DNA from: Lachnospiraceae bacterium
Lineage (GTDB): Bacteria; Bacillota; Clostridia; Lachnospirales; Lachnospiraceae
Length of the DNA stretch: 64,000 nucleotides
Direction of reading: 5' to 3'
Assembly: GCA_024687125.1 (NCBI GenBank)
Contig: JAILFA010000036.1
Location: forward strand, 37,801-101,800
This document shows, piece by piece, positions 32,360 to 41,522 of this stretch. The position numbers and the translations under genes were made by a program. The notes below the pieces were generated by a model. The model was given only the letters and a program-made list of their open reading frames with translations. It searched no databases and was not told where the DNA came from. Position 1 is the stretch's first letter, and the number at the start of each line of letters is the position of its first letter.

Positions 32360-32701
32360 TTAGCGCAAACCCCAAATAAAGAGTCCGACCAATCCGGTCA
32401 ACACCAAGATATTGAGTGTCATCCCGAGAACGGAGAAAAAGCGGAACGTGTCCGCCCGGACCAGCGCATAAACCGCCAGCGCGATCCCCGCCGCCGCGTA
32501 GACAGCGGCCAGCATGAGCGACCAGAGCTGCGCGTTCTTCACCGCACCGTCGTTGAGGAACACCTGCACAACGCCGTAGATCAGGGCAAAGATCCCGCAG
32601 ACACCCAGTACGCAGGAGAGCACCCCCTGCCTGCTGTGGCGCTTGTCCGTAAACATATACCGGTCGGAGCGGCGGTTTTTTTTCAGCCGGATCGGGCGCA
32701 A
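32360..32701 (-). CDS. Small 3-TM membrane protein (hypothetical)
   Basis: Basic N-terminus then three hydrophobic segments; start uncertain (TTG or a later ATG). Confidence 0.65.
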   Translation of the reverse strand: MRPIRLKKNRRSDRYMFTDKRHSRQGVLSCVLGVCGIFALIYGVVQVFLNDGAVKNAQLWSLMLAAVYAAAGIALAVYALVRADTFRFFSVLGMTLNILVLTGLVGLFIWGLR

Positions 32702-32704
32702 TGA

Positions 32705-33400
32705 TTACCCTGTCTGTACGGAGGAAGCTCCGTAGGTGCGGTAGTACTCGGTGAGCGCCGCGTAGATCGTGTCATCGATGAGCACGCCGCGCCCTTCGAT
32801 CTCCTCACCGTAGAGTTCCTTCATTACTTCGTGCATCGTGACAATGGCCGACGATTCAATCCCCCAGGTCTCGCGGATCTCATCCAGCGCGCTCCTGTCG
32901 GAATGCAGTCCCTTTTCCTCGCGGTTGAGGGATACCATGAGACCGACGATCTTTACATCCGCCTGCGCACGCAGGATCGGGACCGTCTCCTCGATGGATT
33001 TGCCGCTGGTCGTGACATCCTCGATGATCACGACACGGTCGCCGTCCCGGAGCTGATACCCCAGCAGGATCCCGGCATCCCCGTGGTCCTTGACCTCCTT
33101 GCGGTTGCTGCAGTAGCGCAGATCCCTGCCGAACAGCCTGTGATAAGCGATCACCGTCATCACCGCGAGCGGGATTCCCTTGTAGGCCGGTCCGAACAGC
33201 ACGTCAAAATCGTCTCCGAAACGCTCGTGGATCGCCCGCGCATAGGCTTCGCCCAGCTTTTCCAGCTGCGAGCCTGTCACATAACCGCCGGCGTTCATGA
33301 AAAACGGGGACTTTCTCCCGCTTTTTAAGGTAAACTCACCGAAGCGGAGCACATCACACTCCACCATGAAACGGATAAAATCCTTTTTATACTGTTCCAT
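32705..33400 (-). CDS. pyrE: Orotate phosphoribosyltransferase
   Basis: FTLKSGRKSP, FGPAYKGIP, RKEVKDHG, IEDVTTSG; TGATG coupling to pyrF. Confidence 0.95.
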   Translation of the reverse strand: MEQYKKDFIRFMVECDVLRFGEFTLKSGRKSPFFMNAGGYVTGSQLEKLGEAYARAIHERFGDDFDVLFGPAYKGIPLAVMTVIAYHRLFGRDLRYCSNRKEVKDHGDAGILLGYQLRDGDRVVIIEDVTTSGKSIEETVPILRAQADVKIVGLMVSLNREEKGLHSDRSALDEIRETWGIESSAIVTMHEVMKELYGEEIEGRGVLIDDTIYAALTEYYRTYGASSVQTG

Positions 33401-34341
33401 CACTTTCCCTCCAGGGCACCGCGGATATCCTCTTTCATAGCGACGACCGCAGCCCGTGCGGCTTCGCCGAAGGCCGCTTCCCCGTACGCTGCATATGCCT
33501 CTTCCTTCCACGCCGCGATGATCCCGCGGGAGGAATTGACGATCGCTCCCAGTCCGTCCGGATGGAAAAAGTGTGCGAGGTCCCTGCCTCTTCCTCCCTG
33601 TGCGCCGTAACCGGGCACGAGGAAGACTGTGTGCTTCATGATCTGTCTGAGGGCTCTGCCCTGCTCGGGGTAGGTCGCGCCGACCACAGCGCCCACATCA
33701 CTATACTCGCCGTCCATCAGCCCGCTCCCCCAGGTGTCGACAAGTTCCCCGACCACCTCGTACAGCGGCCGCATCTGTCCCCGGCCGTCCTGCACCATAA
33801 GATCCTGCAGTTCGCTACTCGAGGGATTGGAGGTCTTGACGAGGACAAAGATGCCCTTGCCCTCTCCGGCCGCCACCTCAATGAAAGGCTTTACACCGTC
33901 GCTTCCGAGATAGGGGTTGACGGTCACGAAATCCGCGTCAAACCCGCGGACACTCGTCCCACCCACCGGTGTGCTCCCGAGGTGTCCCAGAGCATAGGCC
34001 TGCGAGGTCGAACCGATATCGCCGCGCTTGATGTCGGCGATGACGATCAGCCCCTTTTCATGGCAGTAGCGCACCGTCCGGTCATAGACCGCAAGACCGG
34101 GAAGCCCAAACTGCTCGTACATGGCGATCTGCGGTTTGACAGCCGGGATCAGATCCGCCACGTGGTCGACGATCTCCCTGTTGAACTGCCAGAAAGCCTC
34201 CGCGGCGCCCTCGGCGGTCTCTCCGTATTCCGCGAACGCCTTTTTCCGGATCGTCTCCGGAATAAACTTCAGATTGGGATCGAGGCCCACCACGATCGGG
34301 GCTCCTGTTTTCAGGATCGCTTCATTCAGTCGTCTGATCAT
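33400..34341 (-). CDS. pyrF: Orotidine-5'-phosphate decarboxylase
   Basis: VGLDP, KPQIA, DIKRGDIGST, PGYGAQG, NSSRGI. Confidence 0.95.
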   Translation of the reverse strand: MIRRLNEAILKTGAPIVVGLDPNLKFIPETIRKKAFAEYGETAEGAAEAFWQFNREIVDHVADLIPAVKPQIAMYEQFGLPGLAVYDRTVRYCHEKGLIVIADIKRGDIGSTSQAYALGHLGSTPVGGTSVRGFDADFVTVNPYLGSDGVKPFIEVAAGEGKGIFVLVKTSNPSSSELQDLMVQDGRGQMRPLYEVVGELVDTWGSGLMDGEYSDVGAVVGATYPEQGRALRQIMKHTVFLVPGYGAQGGRGRDLAHFFHPDGLGAIVNSSRGIIAAWKEEAYAAYGEAAFGEAARAAVVAMKEDIRGALEGK

Positions 34342-34362
34342 ATCCGTTATGCTCCCCGTTTT

Positions 34363-35778
34363 TTATTCCTTGCCGTCCCAGCAATAGGTACACAGATTTT
34401 CCCTGCCGATCCCGACGGCGTCGAGCATATCATCCAGGCGGTTGAAGGACAGCGTTGTAAAGCCGAGCTGCTCGCAGATCCTGTCGAGCATCTTCCTGTA
34501 ACGCCCGGAATCCGGATCCGCATAGTCATCAAGGACGGATCTTTCCACCTCCGCGCCTTCCTCTTCATTGATGACACGTCTGGCGATCAGTTCCATCTCC
34601 GAGGTAGAGCGGGAGAAATTGATGTACTTGCAGCCGAACAGGATCGGCGGACAGGCAGGACGCACATGAACCTCTTTGGCACCGCTCTTGTACAGAAACT
34701 CGGTCGTCTCACGCAGCTGCGTCCCGCGGACGATGGAGTCATCGATGAGCAGGATCCGTTTGCCGTCGATCAGCTCATGAACCGGCAGCATTTTCATTTT
34801 GGCGATCAGATTGCGCTTTTCCTGGATCGTCGGCATGAACGAGCGCGGCCAGGTGGGCGTGTACTTGATGAATGGACGGGAAAAGGGAACGCCCGAGGCA
34901 TTGGCATAGCCGATCGCGTGTGCGGTGCCGGAATCGGGAACACCGGCCACGATATCCACTTCCTCCCGGCCGTATCCGTCCCGCTTTGCCATGCTCTCGC
35001 CGCAGCGGTACCGCATCTCTTCCACGGAGATCCCTTCATAAAAGGAAGACGGATAACCGTAGTAGATCCACAGAAAGGTACAGATCCGCATCTTTTTCCC
35101 GGGCTGGACGAGCGTTGTCACGGCTTCCGGCGTCATGACGGCGATCTCCCCCGGGCCCAGCTCCCGCACGGTCTCATAGCCCAGATTTCGATAGGCAAAC
35201 GGCTCAAAGGAAGCGCAGTAGCCGTCATCCTTTTTACCGACCACGACCGGTGTCCGGCCGAGGCGGTCTCTGGCGATATAAACGCCGTTCGGTGTCAGGA
35301 CGAGGATCGTCATGGAGCCGTCGATCATCTCCTGCGCGTACTGAATACCTTCAATGAGATGGTCCTTCTGATTGATCATCGCGGCTACCAGCTCCGTCGC
35401 GTTGATCGACCCCCCGCTCATCTCGAGGAAATGTGCCCCGGAACTGACGATCTTTGACGCGAGGTCATCGATGTTGTTGATCTTGCCGACCGTGGTGATC
35501 GCATAGGTACCGTGGTGCGAGCGCACGATCAGCGGCTGCGGCTCGTAGTCCGAGATACAGCCGATACCGAGATTGCCGGTCATCTCCTTCATTTCCGCTT
35601 CAAACTTGGTCCTGAACGGGGAATTCTCGATGTTATGGATCGAGCGGTCGAAGCCGTGCCGGCTGTCGAAAACAGCCATACCGGCACGCCGGGTCCCCAG
35701 ATGGGAATGATAGTCCGTTCCGAAGAACAGATCGAACATACAGTCAGATTTCAGCGCCGCAGCAAAAAAGCCACCCAT
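34363..35778 (-). CDS. purF: Amidophosphoribosyltransferase (variant without N-terminal Cys)
   Basis: PRPP motif DDSIVRGT, VPDSG, Fe-S cysteines (CTF, CPP..C, CTYC); begins MGGFF. Confidence 0.92.
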   Translation of the reverse strand: MGGFFAAALKSDCMFDLFFGTDYHSHLGTRRAGMAVFDSRHGFDRSIHNIENSPFRTKFEAEMKEMTGNLGIGCISDYEPQPLIVRSHHGTYAITTVGKINNIDDLASKIVSSGAHFLEMSGGSINATELVAAMINQKDHLIEGIQYAQEMIDGSMTILVLTPNGVYIARDRLGRTPVVVGKKDDGYCASFEPFAYRNLGYETVRELGPGEIAVMTPEAVTTLVQPGKKMRICTFLWIYYGYPSSFYEGISVEEMRYRCGESMAKRDGYGREEVDIVAGVPDSGTAHAIGYANASGVPFSRPFIKYTPTWPRSFMPTIQEKRNLIAKMKMLPVHELIDGKRILLIDDSIVRGTQLRETTEFLYKSGAKEVHVRPACPPILFGCKYINFSRSTSEMELIARRVINEEEGAEVERSVLDDYADPDSGRYRKMLDRICEQLGFTTLSFNRLDDMLDAVGIGRENLCTYCWDGKE

Positions 35779-35781
35779 TCC

Positions 35782-36903
35782 TTACTCCTTTTCCTCTTCC
35801 ACTTGCTGTTCTTCCTCGGCTACACGCGAGGAAAGAAAAATGTTTTCCCTGATCGCCTCCTCGTCCGTCGGCACCAGGGCCAGATACTCCTTCATCATCT
35901 GGGCCGCTGTATCGTAGCTGCCCATGTGCTCATAAGCGGCAACCATGTTGCGCATCAGCGCCGCGTTCTGCCGGTCGTCATTCAGGCCCAGCCCGATCTG
36001 GAAATCCGTCAGTGCGTCACCGTAGCTGCCCATGCGCATCTCACAGACTCCCAGGGCGTTATAGATGCTCGCCTGTGACTGGTCGTCCTGGAGAAACCTC
36101 CGATATACACTGATCGCGTAGCTGTCGTCCCCCAGATCCTGCGCGACCTCCCCTAATAAAATAACAATTGGTATTCTTACGTCGGACCGCTCTTCCACCG
36201 TCTCGTTATTGGCTTCCTCGAGATAGCGCTTGGCCTCCTCGTTGTTTCCGAGAGCGTAATAGAATCTGCCCTTTTCAAAGCTCGTCATGGCTTCCGCGTT
36301 TTCCGACAGGATCGAATCCAGCATCTTCCTGCCCTCCGCGGTATACCCTGCGTCACTCATCCCCTGATAGATGGACAGGATCCTGTCATACTGGCCGGGA
36401 CTGCGGGACAGGATGATCTCAAAATCCTCGTCCGCCCGTTCCCTGTCGCCCTGCCGCAGATAGCACAGACCGCGCAGATAATGCGCGTCCTCGTTGCCCT
36501 TGTCCAGATCAAGGATCGCCGTGTAGACTTCGATCGCACGGACATCATTCCCCTGGTCCACAAAGGTCTGCGCCAGATAACAGGCGATGTCCACAGCCCT
36601 GCTGTCCGGGATCCCGCCGCACAGGTCCAGCGCCTCGGTAAAGGAGGCCTCGGCCGCGGCATAGTCCCCGAGGGAGTATTCGGCGATCCCTTTGGCACGG
36701 TAGATGTCCGCCGACTTTTCTCCGTTGTCCATCGCCATGCGGAACTGTTCAAGCGCACCGTTGTAGTCATGCGCCGTGAGCAGTTCGATCCCTGTATCAT
36801 AGGAGGATTCTTCGCCGCCAAAGGGCATGGTACAGCCCGTCAGCAGGACGAGAAGCCCGGCCAGGATAAACGGAGCGGACTTTTTCCGTGAAAACAGCTT
36901 CAT
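35782..36903 (-). CDS. TPR-repeat lipoprotein
   Basis: Lipobox LTGC after a signal peptide; multiple TPR helices. Confidence 0.82.
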   Translation of the reverse strand: MKLFSRKKSAPFILAGLLVLLTGCTMPFGGEESSYDTGIELLTAHDYNGALEQFRMAMDNGEKSADIYRAKGIAEYSLGDYAAAEASFTEALDLCGGIPDSRAVDIACYLAQTFVDQGNDVRAIEVYTAILDLDKGNEDAHYLRGLCYLRQGDRERADEDFEIILSRSPGQYDRILSIYQGMSDAGYTAEGRKMLDSILSENAEAMTSFEKGRFYYALGNNEEAKRYLEEANNETVEERSDVRIPIVILLGEVAQDLGDDSYAISVYRRFLQDDQSQASIYNALGVCEMRMGSYGDALTDFQIGLGLNDDRQNAALMRNMVAAYEHMGSYDTAAQMMKEYLALVPTDEEAIRENIFLSSRVAEEEQQVEEEKE

Positions 36904-37289
36904 CAGCCGCCGATCTGCGCGATGATCTCGACCTCGCACAGGACATTCTTCGGAAGTGTACGGACCGCCACACAGCTGCGTGCCGGCTTGTTCGGAAAAT
37001 ACCGCCCGTAGATCTCGTTAAAAGCGGCGAAATCACCCATATCCTGGAGAAAGCAGCCGGTCTTTACGACATCGCCGTAATCCGCACCCGCCGCGGCAAG
37101 GATCGCGCCTATGTTCTTCATAACGCGTTCCGTCTGCGTCTGAATGTCGGTTCCGTCGATCTCGCCCGTCTCCGGGATGATGGCGATCTGTCCGGAGGCA
37201 AACAGGAACCCGCCGGCGATGACCCCCTGGGAATACGGTCCGATCGCTGCCGGTGCCTTGTCGGTTGCTACTGTCTTTTTCTCGCTCAT
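36903..37289 (-). CDS. ridA: RidA (YjgF/YER057c/UK114) enamine deaminase
   Basis: APAAIGPYSQG, ASGQI, PARSCV, EVEIIA. Confidence 0.93.
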   Translation of the reverse strand: MSEKKTVATDKAPAAIGPYSQGVIAGGFLFASGQIAIIPETGEIDGTDIQTQTERVMKNIGAILAAAGADYGDVVKTGCFLQDMGDFAAFNEIYGRYFPNKPARSCVAVRTLPKNVLCEVEIIAQIGG

Positions 37290-37291
37290 GA

Positions 37292-37543
37292 TCAGCTGTC
37301 CTTTCTATCCTCTATCTCTACTGTAATATAGTAGCCTCTCTCATTTTCCTCGATCGATCTGACCACGCCGCCCGTCGCCGTCAGCCGCTGCGTAAGCGGC
37401 ACGTTGGGAGACATGGCGATCGACTTTTCCCGGGCACTGTCCAGCGTGTAGTAATAGGCGCTCGGAAGCACGCCCTCGGTAAAGGTCACTTCTTCACCTT
37501 CGGTCAGAAGTCCTGTCCTCTCCATTTTGAATACCATCTCCAT
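37292..37543 (-). CDS. Hypothetical protein (83 aa)
   Basis: Fills the operon gap with 2-3 nt spacing to both neighbours. Confidence 0.7.
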   Translation of the reverse strand: MEMVFKMERTGLLTEGEEVTFTEGVLPSAYYYTLDSAREKSIAMSPNVPLTQRLTATGGVVRSIEENERGYYITVEIEDRKDS

Positions 37544-37546
37544 CGC

Positions 37547-38563
37547 TCAGCTCCCTGCTATGACGCCATGCCCCAGCAGATACTCGTACCACAGCCCATA
37601 GGATGCCGCCTTGAGATGAACATCATCAAAGGAGAGCTCCGCTCTGAGGTTTCCTTCTTCATCATCGAGGTTCTCGTTGGGATCCACATAAAAGATCCGC
37701 ATCTTCGGATCCGCGAGCTCCGCAAGGGCCGCGTTGCGCCCGTTGATCCGTTCGTTGTTGATATTGGGGTCGCGGGCGCTCTTGGATCCGGTCACATGCA
37801 TGATGCCCTGGACGATGATGATCGCGCCTGGCTGCAGAACGCGGATCCGTCCGATCATCTCCCGGAAATCCTCGCGAAAGCTCTCATTGGTTCCGCCGCC
37901 GAGCTCGTTGATGCCGAGCATGATATAGATCTTGCCGTACTGACGGTCATTCGCGAGCATTTCATAGACGGTCTTTTTTCCTTCAGCGGTCTCAACAAAA
38001 GGCTTGTCGAGCGCCTGTCTGACCGTAAGGGAAACCTTGGCATAAAAGGAGGCGTTCGCATCCAGTTCCGGGCAGTACTCGCCCAGACCGACCGTCCGGG
38101 AATCACCGATAAAGAGCGCATCCGCAAAATAGTCCGGTTCGACGGGCCCGATCGTATACGGCAGGGGCGCTACCTCGATAACGGTATTCTCCCCGGGGTG
38201 AACGACAGGAAGCTCCTCCGCTTCCGGCTCTGTCTCTTCCGCTTCCTGTGTCTCCTGTGTTTCGTCCGCTTCCGGTGCTTCCGGAACCGCGCTGTCCTCC
38301 GCATCAGCCGCGGTATCGGCCTCCGGGGCATCCGTCTGGCTCACCCCGGGCCTGACAACAGGTATCTCAGGCTCCGCGTCGGTCTCCAAGGCCGCGATCT
38401 GCGTTTCCGCGACATAAAGCTCGTCATCATCGTCGTCCATCGCGTACAGGTCATCCTCTGCCGCCCCAAAAAGAGAAAACTCTTCGGGGAGCGCAAAACC
38501 GGTCAGGACATAAAACGCTGCCGACAGGATGAACACGATGATGAGAGGACAGAATCTTTTCAT
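37547..38563 (-). CDS. Exported SGNH/GDSL hydrolase-family protein (putative O-acyltransferase partner)
   Basis: N-terminal TM, acidic linker, FIGDSR, MLGINE, DDVHL. Confidence 0.85.
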   Translation of the reverse strand: MKRFCPLIIVFILSAAFYVLTGFALPEEFSLFGAAEDDLYAMDDDDDELYVAETQIAALETDAEPEIPVVRPGVSQTDAPEADTAADAEDSAVPEAPEADETQETQEAEETEPEAEELPVVHPGENTVIEVAPLPYTIGPVEPDYFADALFIGDSRTVGLGEYCPELDANASFYAKVSLTVRQALDKPFVETAEGKKTVYEMLANDRQYGKIYIMLGINELGGGTNESFREDFREMIGRIRVLQPGAIIIVQGIMHVTGSKSARDPNINNERINGRNAALAELADPKMRIFYVDPNENLDDEEGNLRAELSFDDVHLKAASYGLWYEYLLGHGVIAGS

Positions 38564-38576
38564 TAACCTTACACCT

Positions 38577-39947
38577 TCAGAACTGCAGATACAGGAACGG
38601 ATTGTTCCCCGCGCGCGCCATGCTGATCAGGCTGAGTACGAACAGACCGGAGAGGATCACCGTCACCGGCACCGATCTGCGAAAACGCACATAACAATGA
38701 TAGACGCACGGCAGAAGAAATACAAGGGAAAACAGGAGATATATTCCGTACTGCGAAGTATACTTGGCAAAGTCGCCGGCGAACACCACACCCTGTGTCG
38801 GGACGATCGGGAACAGCCGCAGGAAATAGGCACCGATGCGTTCCAGGTCGCCCACGGCAAACATCACCCAGGTGAGCGGGATGCCCAGAAGAACATGGAT
38901 CCTGCCGACGACGGCGGCAATCCGGGAGTTTCTCTCCCTGAGGGCCCGTTCGACCAGGATCATGTACAGGACCGAGGCCGCCCAGAGCAGATACCCGAAG
39001 TTCACACCGTGCCAGATCCCGGTAAGGAGCCAGACAAACGCGAGGTTCCGCACTGTTTTCAGCCAGCCGCCGCGGCTGCCGCCGAGCGGGATGTAGACAT
39101 AGTCACGGAAAAAGGTGCCCAGCGTCATGTGCCATCTGCGGTAAAATGTTCCCACGCTGTCGGACGCGTAAGGCTGGTCAAAGTTGACGATCATCGGGAG
39201 TCCGATCATGATCCCGACGCCGGCTGCCATCATAGAGTATCCCCAGAAGTCGTAGTACAGCTCCATGGAATAGGTGAGCGCCCCCAGCCAGGCAAGCGGC
39301 ACAGAAAGGCTCTCATAGCCGATCCCGCCCAGTGTATTCCAGAGAGAACGAAGATGGTCAGCGAGCAGTACCTTGGCCGCCAGACCGAAGATAAACCAGG
39401 TCAGGCCGTTTTCCACACGCACGAGGATGTCAGCGATCCGCGTCTTCAGAGGCTTTGTTTCGGAAGGTGCCGTAAACGCGGAGATCTTCGCAAAATCCCC
39501 GTAACGCATGATCGGTCCGGAGAGGATCTGGGGAAAGAGGCAGAAATAGGCGAGTGCCTGCGTAAAAGTAGTCTCCTTCGGTATCTTCCCCCGATAGGAA
39601 TCAAAGCAGTAACTGATCATACGGAAGGTGTAGAAACTGATCCCCAGCGGCAGCGCAAAGCCCGGCAGTCCCGCTGCCAGGGATCTGGCGGCAGCAAGAG
39701 AGATAACATCCGCGGCGACGCCGAGGGCCAGGACCGTCTTTTCACCGTTTGCCGCCCCCTTGCCGATCAGATAATTCCAGAGGGACAGAAAGAGCAGGAC
39801 CGGAATGAAGCGCAGATCCGCCATCGCGTAGAAAAACACGCTGCCGACGATCAGCACATAGATGCGTGCCATCGCCGGTGCCAGATAATACAGGATCAGA
39901 AAAGCCGGTAAGAACCGGAAGATAAAATCAAAATCAGTAAAACTCAT
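38577..39947 (-). CDS. MBOAT family O-acyltransferase (AlgI/PatA-like)
   Basis: LPLGISFYTF, FPQILSGPI, YYDFWGYS, FYRRWHMTL, GIWHG. Confidence 0.92.
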   Translation of the reverse strand: MSFTDFDFIFRFLPAFLILYYLAPAMARIYVLIVGSVFFYAMADLRFIPVLLFLSLWNYLIGKGAANGEKTVLALGVAADVISLAAARSLAAGLPGFALPLGISFYTFRMISYCFDSYRGKIPKETTFTQALAYFCLFPQILSGPIMRYGDFAKISAFTAPSETKPLKTRIADILVRVENGLTWFIFGLAAKVLLADHLRSLWNTLGGIGYESLSVPLAWLGALTYSMELYYDFWGYSMMAAGVGIMIGLPMIVNFDQPYASDSVGTFYRRWHMTLGTFFRDYVYIPLGGSRGGWLKTVRNLAFVWLLTGIWHGVNFGYLLWAASVLYMILVERALRERNSRIAAVVGRIHVLLGIPLTWVMFAVGDLERIGAYFLRLFPIVPTQGVVFAGDFAKYTSQYGIYLLFSLVFLLPCVYHCYVRFRRSVPVTVILSGLFVLSLISMARAGNNPFLYLQF

Positions 39948-41344
39948 ACTCCGGAATTATTAATCTCCGCCAACATATTCTGTGATTCCGCGGCAAGGTT
40001 CGTGTCGGGAAACCTGTCCACTACAAGTTCGAACGCGTCTCTCGCGTTTTCGGTATCACCGCTGCGATAATAGGCCCTGGCCAGATAGAACAGTGCCTCC
40101 TCGTTCTCTTCATCCAGTTCGGACGCACGCTTTAAGGAAGCGATCGCCGATATATCGTTTTCCGCCCGGAAGGCCTCATATCCCTCGTTGTAAAACGCCG
40201 CCGCGAGATTCTTGCCGACCAGGGCCCTGAAATCATTGTACAGACGCCTGACATCCTCGTTGGCGGACATCTCCGGCGCGTCCTTGTCCACCAGTACCAT
40301 ATAACTCTTGATGGAAGCCATATCCTCAGGATCCCTGAGATAGGAAGCGACCGCCAGCATAAGCGCGTCCGCGCTTTCGTGCGGTGCCGCTTCACCGGCA
40401 GCCTCCGCTTCTTTCTCCAGCTCGGTGATCTGTTCTGACAGCTTTGCCTGCTCCTGCTCCAGATTGCGGATCTGGACGCTCTTAGCATCCGATTCCTCGC
40501 TGACCGAAGCAAGCTCCTGCTTCGCCGCCTGCTGGATACGCGTAACTCTGGCAGGAAGGATCAGGAACCAGGCGATTGCAATGCCCAACCCCAGCCCCAA
40601 AAGGAGCATGGCAAAGGAGAATATGCCGCCGCTGACCGAGTGCCGCTGCGGCTGGATGATCGTCTCGTTGCCGCTCTGATAGCGTACTATGTCGCTGTTT
40701 CCCCTGCGGGGCCGTTTGGCTTCCCCGGGGGCAAGAACTGTCTGTACTTCCTTAAGATAGCGCTTGGCCTTGGTATCGCCGCTGTCGATCCTGAGGCACC
40801 GATTGCACTCAAGTTTGGCTCTCTCGTACTCCTCGGACTTGAGGTATAAAAGGGCAAGCAGCTCCCTGGCTCTGAGGAACCCCGGGTTGAGCTGCAGGAT
40901 CCTCTTCAGCTGGATCACTGCCAGATCATAGCTTTCCTGTCTCGCATAGTTGAGCGCCAGATTATACTTTTTGGAGGTACGTCCCAGCGTTTCCAGACGC
41001 TGCGGCTCGCGCTGCACCATCTCGAGAAGATCCCCGGCGAGATTCCGCTCTTCGCGCAGATTCTTGCTGATGACCCACTCCGTGAGCGCCGCGACCACCT
41101 CTCCCATTTCATAATAAATGAGTCCCAGGAGATTTCTGGCGTCGATGTTTCCTCGGTAGAGTCTCAGGGACTGCCGCAGACATTTGACCGCACCGGAAAG
41201 ATCCCGGACACGGGCCTTGTCCAGGGCGTCGTTATAGAGGCGGTTGGATATCTGGATGATCTTTTTGTAGAATCCGACATCCGCGCCGCATGCGGTACAG
41301 TAATCCTGCTCATTCAGTTCATTGCCGCAAGCGTAGCACTGCAA
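39944..41344 (-). CDS. Zinc-ribbon/TPR membrane protein
   Basis: N-terminal CYAC...CTAC, TPRs, central TM helix, coiled coil, C-terminal TPRs; TTG start. Confidence 0.82.
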   Translation of the reverse strand: MQCYACGNELNEQDYCTACGADVGFYKKIIQISNRLYNDALDKARVRDLSGAVKCLRQSLRLYRGNIDARNLLGLIYYEMGEVVAALTEWVISKNLREERNLAGDLLEMVQREPQRLETLGRTSKKYNLALNYARQESYDLAVIQLKRILQLNPGFLRARELLALLYLKSEEYERAKLECNRCLRIDSGDTKAKRYLKEVQTVLAPGEAKRPRRGNSDIVRYQSGNETIIQPQRHSVSGGIFSFAMLLLGLGLGIAIAWFLILPARVTRIQQAAKQELASVSEESDAKSVQIRNLEQEQAKLSEQITELEKEAEAAGEAAPHESADALMLAVASYLRDPEDMASIKSYMVLVDKDAPEMSANEDVRRLYNDFRALVGKNLAAAFYNEGYEAFRAENDISAIASLKRASELDEENEEALFYLARAYYRSGDTENARDAFELVVDRFPDTNLAAESQNMLAEINNSGV

Positions 41345-41345
41345 C

Positions 41346-41522
41346 CTATCTGCCTCCGGTGCGTCCGCCCGCGTTCTGCGGCTGCTGCGCCATCTGCTCG
41401 CGCATCATCGCGACCAGGATATCGGCGACATCACCCAGATCCTGTCCCTCAATGACGTCCTGCGCCTCATCCAGTTCAAGACTCGGATGAAACTTCTTGA
41501 GCTCCTCTTCAAAATTGATCAT
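41346..41522 (-). CDS. Small protein (58 aa, MINFEEELKKFHPSLELDEAQD...), absent from the ORF track
   Basis: ATG overlaps the valS stop (ATGA); open to TAG at 41346; typical codon usage; supplies a GGAGG RBS for the next gene. Confidence 0.78.
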   Translation of the reverse strand: MINFEEELKKFHPSLELDEAQDVIEGQDLGDVADILVAMMREQMAQQPQNAGGRTGGR

